A stretch of DNA of 64,000 nucleotides from Eledone cirrhosa (lineage: Eukaryota). The stretch covers positions 9,610,001 through 9,674,000 of the forward strand of contig OZ024749.1 in the NCBI GenBank assembly GCA_964016885.1, written 5' to 3'. Position 1 is the stretch's first letter. Every line of letters begins with the position of its first letter. The position numbers and the translations under genes are program-made. Positions 12,743 to 27,368 of the stretch are shown in pieces. The notes under the pieces were generated by a model. That model worked only from the letters and a program-made list of their open reading frames with translations. It made no database searches and was not told where the DNA came from.

Positions 12743-14195
12743 ATCATCATCATCATCATCATCAGGTTTAGCATCCGTGTTCCACGCTTGCATGGGTTTG
12801 GACGGGGGTTTTCCCACTTGAGGCAAGAGTGGTTGTCTTGCTCGCATAGGACTGTCTGGCGGGTTTTCTACAGTTGGATGCCCTTCCTAACACCAACCAC
12901 ATTTACAGTGTGGGGCTGGGAGGTTTTTACCATGTTGCCTACACGGCCACATTACAGCGTGAACTGTCTGGTGGGTTTTCTACAGCTGGATGCCCTTCCT
13001 AACACCAACCACATTTACAGTGTGGGGCTGGGAGGTTTTTACCGTGTTGCCTACATGGCCACATTTACAGCGTGGACTGTGTGTTTTTTGTCATGACACC
13101 TACACGATCTCATTTGTTTCGGCCTGGATGTTGTGGGACCAACATAACTGTACATTGAAAGGGGCGGTGTGGATGGGGTGGAGGTGGTGGGACGGGGGGG
13201 GGGGGGGGGGGGTTGATAGAGATGCCTACTGACTGTAGTAGGTTTTTACTTTGTATTTAGGTAAGGCGGGTCTTCTCTATTACTGAGTACCGCCAAAGAT
13301 CTCGGTCCAGTGACATTGTCTTGGAGAGGTGTAAGCGTGTGAGGTCGGAATTTATCAGCTCGTCCCATGTTTTTCTGGGTCTGCCTACTCCGTGGCTACC
13401 GTCTATCTTTATTGCCCTGCACTTTGTTATACAGCTGTCGTCTTTCATGCGCATCACGTGACCGTACCAATGTAGCCTTCTCTCGAGTAAACAACATCTG
13501 ATCCCTCTTATTTCTAATTTTTCCTTAGTTCGTTTATGCTTTGCCGTTCACGTATATTACTATTGCACATCCAGCGGAGCATGCAAGCTTCGTTCCTCTC
13601 TAGTCTGCGTATATCCTCTGCACACAATGCCCAGGTCTCACTGCCATGCAGCATTGCTGTTCGTATGCAGGCATCGTATAACCTGCCTTTCATTTTTAGG
13701 GAGAACCTTCTAGCGGCTAATAGTGGTATAAGCTCTCTGAACTTTTTCCATCCAGTTCTGACTCTAGCTACTGTACTTTCAGAGCACCCTCCCCCACTGC
13801 TGATTTTGTCACCCAGGTAACGGAAGCTGTCCACTATATCTATAGAACCCTCTGCGCAGTTGAAGGAGCTAGTATTTTGTGGGCACTTGTTGCTACTTAT
13901 TGCACCAGAGCACCGGCCACATGTAAAATCTATGTTCTTAGTTAGCTTACCTGTGATCCCACTACATCTTTTATGCACCCATACTTTGCATTTGGGACAT
14001 AAAATGGAGTTTCTACCTATGCCTTTCCTACACACTGAGCATGGCCATTTCCCAGATGGGACTGCCGCCATATTTTCTTTCCTACAAACTAGAACTTTAG
14101 TCTTAGCCAGGTTAATTTTAAGGCCTTTTGATTCTAGGCCGTGCTTCCATGTTTGGAATTTCTTCTCTAGTTCGGTCATTGATTCAGCTATGAGC
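12743..14195 (-). mobile_element. RTE family A LINE, 5'-truncated, with PHD-like finger inside the RT
   Basis: GLKINLAKTK-[C4HC3]-DSFRYLG...GRPRKTW; 3'UTR and (GAT)n tail; flanked by (TA)n. Confidence 0.92.
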
Positions 14196-14330
14196 ATATA
14201 TATATATATCATATCTATATATATATATATCATATATATATTTATCTATATATATATATATATATATATATATCATATATATATGTATATATCATATATA
14301 TATATATCTATATCATATATATATATATAT

Positions 14331-14361
<31 letters not shown>

Positions 14362-15610
14362 CATATATATATATATATATATATCATATATATATATCAT
14401 ATATATATCATATATATATATATCATATATATATCATATATATATATCATATATATATATATCATATATATATATCATATATATATATATCATATATATA
14501 TCATATATATATCATATATATATATATATATATATATCATATATATATATATCATATATATATCATATATATATATATCATATATATATATATCATATAT
14601 ATATATATCATATATATATATCATATATATATATATCATATATATATATATATCATATATATATATATATCATATATATATATATATCATATATATATAT
14701 ATCATATATATATATATATCATATATATATATATCATATATATATCATATATATATATCATATATATATATAGATATCATATATATATATATATATATCA
14801 TATATATATATATATATATATATCATATATATATATATATATATCATATATATATATATATATATATATATCATATATATATATATCATATATATATATA
14901 TATATCATATATATATATATCATATATATATATATATATCATATATATATATCATATATATATATCATATATATATATCATATATATATATATATCATAT
15001 ATATATATCATATATATATATATCATATATATATATCATATATATATATATATCATATATATATATCATATATATATATATATATATATATATCATATAT
15101 ATATATATATATATATATATCATATATATATATATATATATATATATCATATATATATATATCATATATATATATATCATTTATATATATATCATATATA
15201 TATATATCATATATCTATATATATATATATATAATATATATATATATATTATACATATATCTATATATATATATATAATATATATATATATATTATACAT
15301 ATATATATATATATATAGATAGATATCATATATATATACAAATATACATATATATCACATATATGTATATATATATGTACAAATATACATATATATCATA
15401 TATATATACAAATATACATATATATCACATATATGTATATATATATGTACAAATATACATATATATCATATATATATACAAATATACATATATATCACAT
15501 ATATGTATATATATATGTACAAATATACATATATATCATATATATATACAAATATACATACATATCACATATATGCATATTTATATACATATATATATGT
15601 ACATATATAT
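14196..15610. repeat. (TA)n-CA compound microsatellite grading into a longer atatacaaatatacatatatatca unit
   Basis: About 1 kb of (TA)n interrupted by C; repeated longer unit at 15330-15570. Confidence 0.92.
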
Positions 15611-16039
15611 AGAGATACACACACACACACATACACACACATATAGGTATACAGTACATTTAAATCTAAATAGATATACATAGAAATATATATATTACAT
15701 ATCTACTTGAAGTATATAAGAATTTCCATTAGATATAAATTAGATTTAAATAAGTATTTCAGGTTTCACTTGTAAATTATCTCCACTAGCTCGCAGCTTA
15801 AGAATATATTAAATAATAATCCTTCCCTCTTACAGAGTTCTCACCAAATTTCATTAAAGCTGTTTATAGTGTGATGACAGCGGCCTGCTTACAAGAAATA
15901 CATTTACTTTCAAAAATACTTAACAAACTTTTTGTTTTTCTTAAATTATTTGTGTCTTTTATTTGGTTTTTATTGGGATTTTTTTTTTTTTCAATAAATT
16001 GAAAATATTATGAAGAGTTTCTGCAGCAGTACCACTCCA

Positions 16040-18300
16040 TGCCATACTACACCACACCACACCACACCACACCACACAACACCATAGTACACAACACTAC
16101 ACTACACTACACTACACCTCACAAGACCACACAACTCCACGCCATACTATACAACAACACACCACACCTCACAACACCATAATACACTACACCACACTAC
16201 ACCTCACCACACCACACCACTCCACGCCATACTACACCACACCACACCACACTACACCACACCACACACACTACACCATACTACACAACACCGCACCACA
16301 CCTGACTACACTACACAACACCAGACTACACCACTCCACACTACACAACACCACACCACACCACACTACACAACACCACACCACACACACTACATCATAC
16401 TACACAACACCACACCACATTACACTACACAACACCACACTACACAACACCACACCACACCACACACACTACACTATACTACACCACTCCACACTACACA
16501 ACACCACACTACACAACACCACACTACACAACACCACACCACACCACACACACTACACTATACTACACCACTCCACACTACACAACACCACACCACACCA
16601 CACACACTACACTATACTACACCACTCCACACTACACAACACCACACCACACTACACAACACCACACCACACACACTACACCATACTACACAACACCACA
16701 CCACATTACACTACACAACACCAGACTACACCACACCACACTACACAACACCACACTACACAACACCACACTACACAACACCACACCACACCACACCACA
16801 CCACACCACACACACTACACCACTCCACACTACACAACACCAAACTACACAACACCACACCACTCCACACTACACAACACCACACTACACAACACTACAC
16901 AACACCACACCACACTACACAACACTACACAACACCACACCACACTACACAACACTACACAACACCACACCACACACACTACACTATACTACACCACTCC
17001 ACACTACACAACACCACACTACACAACACCACACAACACCACACTACACAACACCACACTACACAACACCACACTACACAACACCACACTACACAACACC
17101 ACACAACACCACACTACACTACACAACACCACACTACACAACACCACACAACACCACACTACACAACACCACACTACACAACACTACACAACACCACACT
17201 ACACAACACCACACTACACAACACCACACTACACAACACCACACAACACCACACTACACAACACCACACAACACCACACTACACAACACCACACTACACA
17301 ACACCACACTACACAACACCACACTACACAACACTACACAACACCACACCACACACACTACACTATACTACACCACTCCACACTACACAACACCACACTA
17401 CACAACACCACACAACACCACACAACACCACACTACACAACACTACACAACTCCACATTACACAACTCCACACTACACAACACCACACTACACAACACCA
17501 CACTACACAACACCACACAACACCACACTACACAACACCACACTACACCACACTACACAACACCACACAACACCACACTACACAACACCACACTACACAA
17601 CACCACACTACACAACACCACACAACACCACACTACACAACACCACACTACACAACACCACACAACACCACACTACACAACACCACACTACACCACACCA
17701 CACCACACCACACCACACACACTACACCACTCTACACAACACCACACCACACCACACACACTACACTATACTACACCACTCCACACTACACAACACCACA
17801 CTACACAACACCACACTACACCACACCACACCACACACACTACACTACACCACTCCACACTACACAACACCACACTACACAACACCACACTACACAACAC
17901 CACACTACACCACACAACACCACACCACACACACACTACACTATACTACACCACTCCACACTGCACAAAACCACTCCACACTACACAACACCACACTACA
18001 CAACACCACACTACACAACACCACACTACACCACACTACACAACACCACGCTACACAACACCACACCACACCACACACACTTCACTATACTACACCACTC
18101 CACACTACACAACACCACACTACACAACACCACACCACACTACACAACGCCACACCACACCACACTACACAACACCACACCACACCACATTACATAACAC
18201 CACACTACACAACACCACACCACACACACTACACCACACTACACAACACCACACCAGACTACACTACACAACACCACACTACACCACACCACACAACACC
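16040..18300. repeat. Pentamer-based satellite (CACAC/CACTA/CACAA), ~2.3 kb
   Basis: Mosaic of 5-mers, with dominant 15-mer cacactacacaacac. Confidence 0.92.
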
Positions 18301-18474
18301 AACGTAACAATCCATTACTGTAGATATTGTTGAACATACAACTAAAATGGTGGAGGTGGAAGGGTGGGGTGAAGGAGGAGGGGAAGAAGAAGAAGAAGAA
18401 GAAGAAGAAGAAGATTGAAAAGAAAACATGAAAGTGTGTGTTGCTTCACAACACTCTAATAATTAAAATAAATA

Positions 18475-18890
18475 CACACACACATACATATATACATATA
18501 TACATATTTATATATAGACACACATACATTCAAATATACATGAATATATACATATATATATAGACACATATACATTCAAATATACATACATATTATATAC
18601 ATATATATATATTTATATATAGACACACATACATTCAAATATACATACATATATACATATATACATATATATATATATATAGACACATATACATTCAAAT
18701 ATACATGCATATTATATACGTATATACATATTTATATATAGACACACATACATTCAAATATACATACATATATACATATATACATACATACATATTTATA
18801 TATATATATATATTTAAATATATATATATATACATAAATAGATATATTGATATGGTTATATTTATACATGTACACACATACACACACGCA
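18475..18890. repeat. TA/CA-rich repeat with recurring agacacacatacattcaaatatacat unit
   Basis: Motif seen about 5 times between (TA)n runs. Confidence 0.75.
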
Positions 18891-19142
18891 GGTGTATATG
18901 AGAGTATATATGTAGAATGGACAGACGCTTGCTTCTGACATGAACAAAGTGATGTATGGGTGGTAGTTATTTATATTTTCAATTGGGGATTTCTACATGT
19001 TAAGTAAACTTTCTTCTATGTTTGATTTAAAAGGATGAGTCTATTAGAATATTCTCTTCACATTCACACCATCAATTGAAAACTTAGTTCTACTTTCACT
19101 GAGACAGACTTTTAAGAAACTTATATATAGCTATTTATATAT

Positions 19143-19258
19143 ATAGGAAAAAAGGAAAAAGTATGACCCCGACGGCAGAGCTATTTCCCACTCTACTACC
19201 CTAAGTATTGAGTACTCTGGTGCGTTATGGTCCATCTGGTTCCTTATCACATTTCCTT
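19143..19258 (-). mobile_element. Palindrome-ended element family, copy with collapsed hairpin
   Basis: Reverse complement matches 28150-28345 and 43800-43979. Confidence 0.75.
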
Positions 19259-20169
19259 TGTTATTTATATATATATATATATATATTTATTTAGGTTTGA
19301 AGGTTCACCCCTGGATAGAGCTGGTCATTCCGTATGGTCAATCTTGATGTAATAATATGGAGAGTACTCAACGTAAAGCAGCTCAACTGTCTTCGTTTGT
19401 GTAGTTGGTGGTGCGAGTACGGAGTTAAATATTATAATAAAATAACAGGAGGCTGGACTTGTGTAAATAGTTCAAAGGTTTATTATACTATGATAATTTC
19501 AATGACCGGGTTCCGTATGAATCCGGTGATAACATCAGGTATTCGAAATATAACAAGTGAATGTAACAGTTAAAATCCATGGGGCTGAAAATCATAGACC
19601 CGAGGACGACCGACCATCTAGCATTTTCCACTTTAGCCGGTCGCCCTCAAGTGCTGGCTATTCGGTCTACTTAAGGCTATCTGGTGAGGGGCCGAAAGCT
19701 TATAATGTGCTACTAACCTCCCGGTCAAAGAGAAAAAAAGACAGAAAGAAAGAAGAAAAGTCAGCGTTAGTGTCATGCTACAATCAGACTAGGAATTGCT
19801 GCGAAAAATGTTATTCTAAAGAACCTATATCCTAACGGAGGTATATATTATAGATTTTGTAATTGTAATATAATATTCTGTTTATTTATTAAATGTCAGC
19901 TTACTATATCTCTATTTCTCCAGCCTAGTTCTATGTTATATGTTACAAAATATGGGAATATTGTTGTTTCTATAACAATATCATTTGAAAGTTTGCTCTG
20001 ATTAAAGGGTTTTTTACACTTAATTTCATTGAGCTGATATGGTACAAGATCAAAATTATTGTATATCAATCTAAATCTCTGTTATATATATATATATATT
20101 TATACATACAAAGAGAGAGAGATAGAGATATACCCTAACCACAAAGTCATGCGCTTTCACTATCATAAG

Positions 20170-20360
20170 GTCATTAGTTCAAGGCTGTGGTGCTGGAACA
20201 ACGAAGCACCCTCACAAGCATCACCAGTTACCTCTGTTAGGTGAGCCACCAGTGAAGATAGGAACCTCCCAGTGAATAGCCCGACTCCACCAAACGTCTT
20301 GAAAGCCACAAGCTGGAAAATGTAGTGACCGACAGATCACGGTATTTTAGGATTTTGTTC
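20170..20360 (-). mobile_element. CRE-like LINE relic (copy 2)
   Basis: Homologous to 11215-11440 (KYRDLSV..IFQLVAFKTFGG..LTEVTGDA). Confidence 0.6.
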
Positions 20361-20889
20361 CATTTGGCTAAAGAAGCTGTGGCTCTCACCCTAACCACAG
20401 CATCCAGGATGTGGGAAGAAATTTTTATATAACTGTGAATAAAATATCTTTCATTTTAAAAAGAAAAAAAATACATTATAATGAAATAGTGAAATATAAG
20501 TTATTAACATCAAACCTCAAGGAGGTTAGATGAGATAAGTTAATAAATTATATTAAATAAATTAATATATATTGTTAATAATGTATCTGTACCATATACT
20601 ATATATAAATGTGGAAGACAACTGACAGATTATTACATTATTATGAATTTAACATAAGATTAAGTACAAGTTGAAGTATACATACATGATTAAAGTTATG
20701 TTTATGTTATATGCTTATCTAATCCTATAAAATTATCAAAATTATGGCAATGAATAGAATAAGACATTCTCAGTGATTATATTGAAGTATTTATTATTAT
20801 TATGGTGAGAAAAGAGGAGGTTAGATAAGATAGTATATTGTATTAATTAAACAAATATATCATATAATCTATATAAATATTACAGATTA

Positions 20890-20998
20890 ATTGTTTCTAC
20901 TTTTGGCACAAGGCCAGTAATTACCCAGTACATTACTGGTACTTTATTTTATCGACCCCGTAAGGATGAAAGGCAAAGTTAACCTCGGCGGGATTTGA
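20890..20998 (-). mobile_element. SINE family 1, 3' half
   Basis: ggtactttattttatcgaccccgtaaggatgaaaggcaaag. Confidence 0.85.
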
Positions 20999-21074
20999 TG
21001 GATACGGTATAGAATTAAGCACTAGTTGAACTATAAGGTTGTTAATTATTCATTATTGGGTTTGTAATAGTTAA

Positions 21075-21480
21075 AAAATTGTAGGTTTTTATAGGGGCAA
21101 GTGGAAAAGATTTCTGATTTCCTATTTAATATTTAAACCGCTAGCTTTGGATTTAATGATGAGCTGAGATTGAAGGAGGCATAATCTATATATTCTATTG
21201 TTAGGTTTATATGTGGAAGATCTACCTAATATTTCCCAATTCAATGTATATGGTATGTTCTTAGTTTTTGATTCCCAGATAAAACTAGCTAATGATGTCA
21301 TATGTTTTAATTGAGGTTTTCTAAATCATTGAGGATGGGAATTAAATCTTGTTTTGAAACTATTTAAGGTAAAGTTTGGATTGTCGAGAGTTGTTAACTG
21401 TGCAACCATATACTATATTATCAGTTAAACAATTACGGCTAAGTGGGCATAGCGTCTTATTTCTACCGTTATAGTTTGGA
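21075..21480 (-). mobile_element. Penelope-like element GIY-YIG endonuclease relic
   Basis: Reverse translation CPLSRNCLTDNIVY..FKTRFNSH..TSLASFIW..YTLNWEIL..Y..RLCL..EIFSTC follows the PLE endonuclease pattern; stops and frameshifts present. Confidence 0.8.
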
Positions 21481-21629
21481 TTAATTATAAAGTTAGTTAC
21501 TACTCTTCCAAATAACATTTAACTATTTTAATACATCCAGCTACTTAATTAGATAAGTGATATATGTTATCTGTTTTTCTTCAATTATTTGTATTGATAT
21601 TGTATTAAACATTTTGGATTTTGATTAAA

Positions 21630-21728
21630 CTCTGATGATTCCTATAGTTTATGCTAACTAATAACAAACTGTTAAATAAAATAATTTGCTGTCTGTGGTA
21701 TATTACTGAGGAAAGAAACAATTGTCAG
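21630..21728 (+). ncRNA. Hammerhead-like motif with long stem II (degenerate)
   Basis: ct-CTGATGA-ttcct...aggaa-a-GAAA-caattg-TC-ag. Confidence 0.45.
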
Positions 21729-22849
21729 GGATTAAATGTCTTGAACTTTTAATTTTGGTTTATAAACACATTGTAATATATATATATATCAACTAGAAAT
21801 TGATTGACATATATATATATCTAAAATAAACATATGAAACAATCACAGAGGATAATCTGTAAAAGTGTGAAAGCACACACAGCTATGTGGGTAACTAATT
21901 AAAGTTTAACTAGAACTTCAAAAATAGATACCTTATAAATTTATTAATCCTCCTCCTATATATTTCATTAAAGAAATATATTTCACCAATTAATCGATTG
22001 GTAAACGACAGTAGCCAAATCCTTCAACAAGGAAGAAGACTTAACTATCTGTGTTTACACATCAAATTCAAATCTGTGACTAACTATTAGCACGTGTTGC
22101 ATTTAATACAAATACACACATCGCGCCAGCTTCGTCCCAGTGGCGTGAGTAGGGAGGGTTATCGGCAACTAGAAATAGCAGTCAAGTCCTTTCAACTGAG
22201 TTAGCTCTACAATTAAGGGGCCGTATTTATATATATCCAAAATTTAAATTAAATATATATATATGTCAATCAATTTCTAGTTGATATAAAATGCTCGGAT
22301 CTATTCATTGGAATCTTGGAGCATATTTTACAGTGGATATGGTGCATGTCTCTCTGACATGATACCCTTAATTTAATTTAAATTTTGGATATATATATAT
22401 ATATAAACAGACAGACAAATAGAAAGATAAATAGACAGACAGATCTACAGACCAACAGATATATAGATAGAGGTGTAGGTAGACATACAGCCAAACTGAC
22501 AGAAAGGTAGGCAGACTGAGAGATATATAGACTGACAGACTGACTGATATATATAAAGACAGACAGAAATATATATAGATAGAGGTGTAGATTCAATCAG
22601 TGTTATGAAGTACATCAAGCTGCAAAATATTTTCCACAACAGTTCATTCAAGTGTTAGATCTGCAAAAAAAATTCCAACCTACGCAAGTTTTCTTTTTTA
22701 AAGTAAGCTAAAGTAAACTAAACTATATATGTTTTTATATTTTCTCATTTCAAAAATAAAATAAAATAGAAAAAGATTTTTTTAAATACTAATTTTCATA
22801 CAAACTTGTTACAGGATTTTTACATAGCATTTATGTATATATTTATGTA

Positions 22850-23256
22850 TATATATATAAAATATTTAAATATATATGTGTGTGCGTGTGTGAGTGTGTG
22901 GTTATATGTGTGGTTGTAGGTGGTGCTGTATGGGTGTATGTGTGATTGTAGGTGATGGTCTGTGTGATTATATGTGTGGTTGTAGGTGGTGCTGTGTGGT
23001 TGTATGTGTGATAGTAGATATATTTATGTGTGTAAGTATATTTGTGTGTATAGGTGTGTATGTGAAAATTTAAATTTGAGAAACAAAATATTTTTTGAAA
23101 AAGATAAGCGTAAAGGAAAAATCAATTTAAATTATATGCAGGTGGTTTGTGCACTGGAATATTGGAGGGGAAAAAATAACATGATGAAATATAGCTGTGA
23201 TATTCTCCTGTTTATATACATATATATGTATGTGTGTGTGTGTATCTATAAATATA

Positions 23257-23327
<71 letters not shown>

Positions 23328-23886
23328 ATATATATGTGTGTGTGTGTATATATATGTGTGTGTGTGTATATATATGTGTGTGTGTGTATATATATATGTG
23401 TGTGTGTGTGTGTGTATATATGTGTGTGTGTGTGTGTATATATGTGTGTGTGTATGTATATATATGTGTGTGTATGTATGTATATATATATGTATGTGTG
23501 TGTATATATATGTGTGTGTATGTATGTATATATATATATGTGTGTATATATATATGTGTGTATATATATATATGTGTGTGTGTGTGTATATATATATATA
23601 TGTGTGTATATATATATGTGTGTGTATATATATGTGTGTGTGTGTATATATATGTGTGTGTATATATATATATATGTGTGTGTGTGTGTATATATATGTG
23701 TGTGTATATATATATATATGTGTGTGTGTGTATATATATATATGTGTGTATGTATATATATATATATTTGTGTGTGTGAGTGTGTGTGTGTATATATATG
23801 TGTGTATATATATATATATTTGTGTGTGTGTGTGTATATATATATGTGTGTATATATATATATATGTGTGTGTGTGTGTATGTGTG

Positions 23887-23917
<31 letters not shown>

Positions 23918-24070
23918 ATGTGTGTGTATATGTGTGTGTGTGTATATATATATGTGTGTGTGTGTGTGTGTATAAATATGTATATATGTCTGTATATGTA
24001 TATACATATATATAAATATATGTTTATATATGTGTGTGTATATGTATATATTTATATATGTGTATGTAAA
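22850..24070. repeat. (TG)n/(TA)n compound microsatellite
   Basis: Alternating dinucleotide runs. Confidence 0.92.
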
Positions 24071-24387
24071 ATATCTACTATTTAGCAACAATTAAATGGC
24101 ATGTGTATTGAGAAATATATTTTTTGCAATATAATAGCTGAATTGATAAGATATTGAACGGTTGAACAGTTGAGCAGCCACCATCACCTGATTCTTCAGT
24201 TCAAATCTGTTGCTAGTATTGTTATTTTTTAAAAGTAAAATACCTAAATCTTCAAAAAAACCCTTGAGTCATTAAAAATATAATCCTTGTTGCATTTAGT
24301 TATATCTTTTTATATTCTGAGTTTTTATAGTCCTCGTACAGCTGATTTTTCTGTTCATTATTGTGAGATCAAGGCTGCGAAATAGCA

Positions 24388-25870
24388 GAGTTGTTAGAAC
24401 GTCAGATAGAATGGTTTGATAGAGTTGTTAGAACATCAGATAGAATGGTTTGATAGAGTTGTTAGAACATCAGATAGAATGGTTTGATAAAGTTGTTAGA
24501 ACATCAGATAGAATGGTTTGATAAAGTTGTTAGAATGTCAGATAGAATGGTTGTTAGAGTCGTTAGAACATCAGATAGAATGGTTTGATAAAGTTGTTAG
24601 AACATCAGATAGAATGGTTTGATATAGTTGTTGGAAAATCAGATAGAATGGTTTGATAAAGTTGTTAGAACATCAGATAGAATGGTTGTTAGAGTCGTTA
24701 GAACATCAGATAGAATGGTTTGATAAAGTCGTTAGAACATCAGATAGAATGGTTTGATAGAGTTGTTAGAACATCAGATAGAATAGTTTGATAAAGTTGT
24801 TAGAACAGCAGATAGAATGGTTTGATAGAGTTGTTAGAACATCAGATAGAATAGTTTGACAAAGTTGTTAGAACATCAGATAGAATGGTTTGATAGAGTT
24901 GTTAGAACATCAGATAGAATGGTTTGATAGAGTTGTTAGAACATCAGATAGAATAGTTTGATAAAGTTGTTAAAACATCAGATAGAATGGTTTGATAAAG
25001 TTGTTAGAACATCAGATAGAATAGTTTGATAAAGTTGTTAGAACATCAGATAGAATGGTTTGATATAGTTGTTAGAACATCAGATAGAATGGTTTGATAA
25101 AGTTGTTAGAACATCAGATAGAATAGTTTGATAAAGTTGTTAAAACATCAGATAGAATGGTTGTTAGAGTCGTTAGAACATCAGATAGAATAGTTTGATA
25201 AAGTTGTTAGAACATCAGATAGAATGGTTGTTAGAGTCGTTAGAACATCAGATAGAATGGTTTGATAAAGTCGTTAGAACATCAGATAGAATGGTTTGAT
25301 AGAGTTGTTAGAACATCAGATAGAATAGTTTGATAAAGTTGTTAGAACATCAGATAGAATGGTTGTTAGAGTAGTTAGAACATCAGATAGAATAGTTTGA
25401 TAAAGTTGTTAGAACATCAGATAGAATGGTTGTTAGAGTCGTTAGAACATCAGATAGAATAGTTTGATAAAGTTGTTAGAACATCAGATAGAATGGTTTG
25501 ATAAAGTTGTTAGAACATCAGATAGAATAGTTTGATAAAGTTGTTAGAACATCAGATAGAATGGTTTGATAAAGTTGTTGGAAAATCAGATAGAATGGTT
25601 TGATAAAGTTGTTAGAACATCAGATAGAATGGTTGTTAGAGTCGTTAGAACATCAGATAGAATGGTTTGATAAAGTCGTTAGAACATCAGATAGAATGGT
25701 TTGATAGAGTTGTTAGAACATCAGATAGAATGGTTTGATAGAGTTGTTAGAACATCAGATAGAATGGTTTGATGAAGTCGTTAGAACATCAGATAGAATG
25801 GTTGTTAGAGTCGTTAGAACATCAGATAGAATGTTTTGATAACGTCGTTAGAACATCAGATAGAATGTTT
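24388..25870 (+). repeat. 33-34-bp minisatellite (~44 units) inside a family 1 SINE (~24370-25978)
   Basis: Unit agagttgttagaacatcagatagaatggtttgat; followed by the SINE B-box gagttcaaatcc and body at 25900-25975. Confidence 0.9.
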
Positions 25871-26499
25871 TGCGATATTCATTTCAACTCTCTTCTCTCA
25901 GAGTTCAAATCCCACCAAGGTTAACTTTGCCTGACATCCATTTGATAAAAAGGTACCAGTCTAGTACTGGGATTGATTCTTCCTCTATATCTCTTTCTCA
26001 CTTCCTTTCTCTCACTCTCTGGGAGAAATCTGATGTGTTAAGACCTGGAGAGGGGATGGGCTCCACCAGATTTTAAAATGCCCTAGAAACACCATATGCC
26101 AATGTGGCACTCTCTATGACTCCATCAGGAGTTAGGGCTCTAGACAGACATTCTGATATCAATAAAATAAAGTACCAACCAGTTATTGGAGGCTGTGGCC
26201 AAACCAGCACCTGGAGGTTTAGAGCCCTTTGCTAGTTCTATGTGGGAAAAACGAAAATTACTTACTTTAGGGGTTCATCTTGTTCTTTGTTTCTATATCT
26301 AACAGTGGACCCTAGAATCACATTTACTAAATTTCTGGTCAGAGATTATGAAGAAGGTTCTGTCTCTGATATCACTTCTCCCTTTTCCCTTCCAGTGCAT
26401 GCCCCACTACCCAACACTTGACATTTATGGGCCCCATTCTCTAAAATTAAATAATGTATACTCAGATCCAACACCAGAGTATTTAGGACCCTAATATAG

Positions 26500-26865
26500 C
26501 TTTACAATGTGTGCCCTCTTGTCTTCCAATTATGTACCCTATTCTCCCAGATAAAATAATATAGCAAACATTGGAATATTAAGGGCTCTAGTCTAGCCTT
26601 ACAATATGTGCCTCCTTCTTCCAAGTAAAATAATACCCACAGCAACACCGGGATATTTAGTGCCTTAATCTTACTCTACAGTATGTACCCTCTTCTAGTT
26701 ATGTACCCTTTTCTCCCAAATAAAATGATTTAATACTCACAGACAAACCCAGGCTATTAGTACCTTAGTCATACACTACAGTGTGTGTCCTCTTCTCCCA
26801 TTTGTGTACCCCTTTCTCCCATTTATGTACCCCTTTCTCCCATTTATGTACCTCTTTCTCCCAAA
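26500..26865 (+). repeat. Degenerate local repeats including a 21-bp atgtacccctttctcccattt unit (about 4 copies)
   Basis: Tandem units at 26780-26862; related motifs at 26510-26550 and 26680-26720. Confidence 0.6.
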
Positions 26866-26894
26866 CAAAACAATGCTTCCCAAAATTAACAACA

Positions 26895-27075
26895 CTACAC
26901 CTGATATTCCCCCTCCATACACACGTACGCATGCATGCGTGTGTATATCATGACTCATACACTGTTCACTTTCCTGACATTTGTACATTATTCTATGTAC
27001 TATACATGCACTTTTGATGAGATGTAGGGCACCTGAGCACTGTACACAATAATTTTAATTTTCGTTATTATCATT
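26895..27075 (+). mobile_element. CR1/L2-like 3'UTR fragment
   Basis: Matches the reverse complement of 11533-11665. Confidence 0.75.
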
Positions 27076-27368
27076 ACAGTTTGTTAAGCTGATAAACCTA
27101 GGTTTTGACTGTTTTTGCTCTGACCACACTATGTTGAGAAACAAAAAAAAAACACATTACAACAACTTCCCTTTCAATCTCTTTCACAATCTTCAAACAA
27201 AAAATATTGGGCACGTGAACGAAACAGAAAATTGAAATATCCGTGACACGCACACAAAAAGAGTGTTATAAGAAAGGAAACTAAAACAACAATAGCAATC
27301 TCAAGCCACGTACACCAAGAAAATTACTAAGCATGTATTTTCCACTACAAAGTCCACATTCACATATA

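Noticed and set aside
15836-15990. Possible exon after ccttccctcttacag (FSPNFIKAVYSVMTAACLQE)
   Set aside because: Good acceptor but no clear donor, and its phase does not follow exon A.
19348-19835. Solo LTR (TG...CA) candidate
   Set aside because: No clear boundaries, TSD, second copy or internal domain visible.
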